This document shows positions 63,055-64,000 of a stretch of 64,000 bases of DNA, one piece after another (within the stretch, counting starts at the first letter, position 1; each line of letters begins with the position of its first letter). Location: NCBI GenBank assembly GCA_037189525.1, contig JBBCJC010000003.1:32001-96000 (forward strand), in the 5' to 3' direction. Source of the stretch: Gemmatimonadales bacterium. Lineage in GTDB: Bacteria > Gemmatimonadota > Gemmatimonadetes > Gemmatimonadales > GWC2-71-9. The notes under the pieces were generated by a model, which saw only the letters and a program-made list of their open reading frames with translations, was not told where the DNA came from and ran no database searches. Position numbers and translations under genes: made by a program.

Positions 63055-63057
63055 CGA

Positions 63058-63762
63058 TCAGGCGGCCTCGGTCCGTTCCGGACGTACATCGCTCGCGACG
63101 CGGCCGTCGCGCAGCGTCACGATCCGTTCGGCGTGCGCCGCGATATCGGCTTCGTGGGTCACCAGGATGATGGTCTGCCCCTGCTGGTGCAGCAGGCCGA
63201 AAACCCGCATCACGTCGGTGCTGGTGGCGCTGTCCAGGTTGCCGGTCGGCTCGTCGGCGAGGAGGATCGACGGCTCATTCACCAGCGCGCGGGCAATTGC
63301 CACGCGCTGCCGCTGTCCGCCCGACATCTCGTTGGGGCGGTGATCCATGCGATTGCCGAGACCAACCCGTTCGAGCGCGGACTTGGCGCGGTCGCGGCGC
63401 ACCTTGCCGGACAGGCCGGCGTAGACGAGCGGCAACTCGACGTTCTCGAGCGCGGTGGCACGCGGCAGCAGGTTGAAAGTCTGGAAGACGAAACCGATTT
63501 CGCGATTGCGCACCCGCGCCAGCGCGTCGTCGGACATCCGCGACACTTCCTGGCCGTTGAGCCAGTACTCGCCCGAGTTGGGCGTGTCGAGGCAGCCCAG
63601 CATGTTCATCATGGTCGACTTGCCCGACCCGGATGGTCCCATGATGGCAACATACTCGTTGCGGCGGATCTCGAGCGAGACGCCGCGGAGCGCCTGGACC
63701 AGTTCCTCGCCCATCCGGTACTCCCGGACCAGCGAGTCGATCCGAATCACGACGTCGTTCAC
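63058..63762 (-). CDS. ABC transporter ATP-binding protein (MacB/LolD-like)
   Basis: [26 protein letters not shown]. Confidence 0.96.
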   Translation of the reverse strand: MNDVVIRIDSLVREYRMGEELVQALRGVSLEIRRNEYVAIMGPSGSGKSTMMNMLGCLDTPNSGEYWLNGQEVSRMSDDALARVRNREIGFVFQTFNLLPRATALENVELPLVYAGLSGKVRRDRAKSALERVGLGNRMDHRPNEMSGGQRQRVAIARALVNEPSILLADEPTGNLDSATSTDVMRVFGLLHQQGQTIILVTHEADIAAHAERIVTLRDGRVASDVRPERTEAA

Positions 63763-63998
63763 GGGCGAGCCGGGGCGGCGGCGGCCGGGGTGCCCGCCTT
63801 GGGCGGACGCACCTTGGTCGAATCCTTGAGATCGCGGACGGCCTGGAACGGCCCGGCCACGATCGAGTCGCCGCGGGTCAGGCCGTCGAGCACTTCGAAG
63901 TGCTCTTCACCGGCAATCCCGACGCGGACCGGCCGGAACATCGCGACACCGTTGGTGACCACGAAGACGCCTTCGCGATCACGCCCGCTGGTGCGGCT
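63759..63998 (-). CDS. Periplasmic adaptor (HlyD/MacA-like), C-terminal fragment
   Basis: GVFVV..PVRVGI..EVLDGL..GD.IV pattern; first visible gene of the ABC operon; truncated by the window edge. Confidence 0.8.
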   Translation of the reverse strand, partial: SRTSGRDREGVFVVTNGVAMFRPVRVGIAGEEHFEVLDGLTRGDSIVAGPFQAVRDLKDSTKVRPPKAGTPAAAAPARP

Positions 63999-64000
63999 GG

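Overview
High-GC bacterial chromosomal core region. Gene content suggests Gemmatimonadota, but this is an inference and no search was run. It holds about 55 CDS: the priA 3' end; a TonB receptor divergent from a hyp-fur-ccdA operon; ggt; peptidoglycan recycling genes (murQ-anmK-nagZ); a Ser/Thr kinase-PP2C-FHA/protease operon; an amidase plus a GWxTD-like protein; class II RNR (nrdJ); a HEAT-like/HD-GYP pair; ispG-ccdA-tlpA-redoxin; a 1083-aa Ig-like surface lipoprotein with highly-expressed-type codon usage; a small low-GC islet; glycolysis genes (pyk, pgi, fba); the SRP RNA; dnaX-ybaB-recR-hyp-mglB-mglA-pgsA-cinA; grpE-dnaJ; ppk1; an S9 peptidase; mnmA, iscS and bshB1; and a MacAB-type exporter. 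No transposase, integrase, cas gene, tRNA or rRNA was seen. The most notable signals not explained by the gene calls are: a DnaA-box cluster with a 19-bp palindrome between pyk and fba (candidate oriC or DnaA-titration site away from dnaA); a five-copy ~73-bp decaying tandem array copied from the 3' end of yihY; an SRP RNA lacking the GNRA tetraloop; a ~160-nt 6S-like rod RNA before grpE; a shared unnamed N-terminal domain in the HEAT/HD-GYP pair; repeated leaderless-gene signatures; and probable ATC and CTG start codons.
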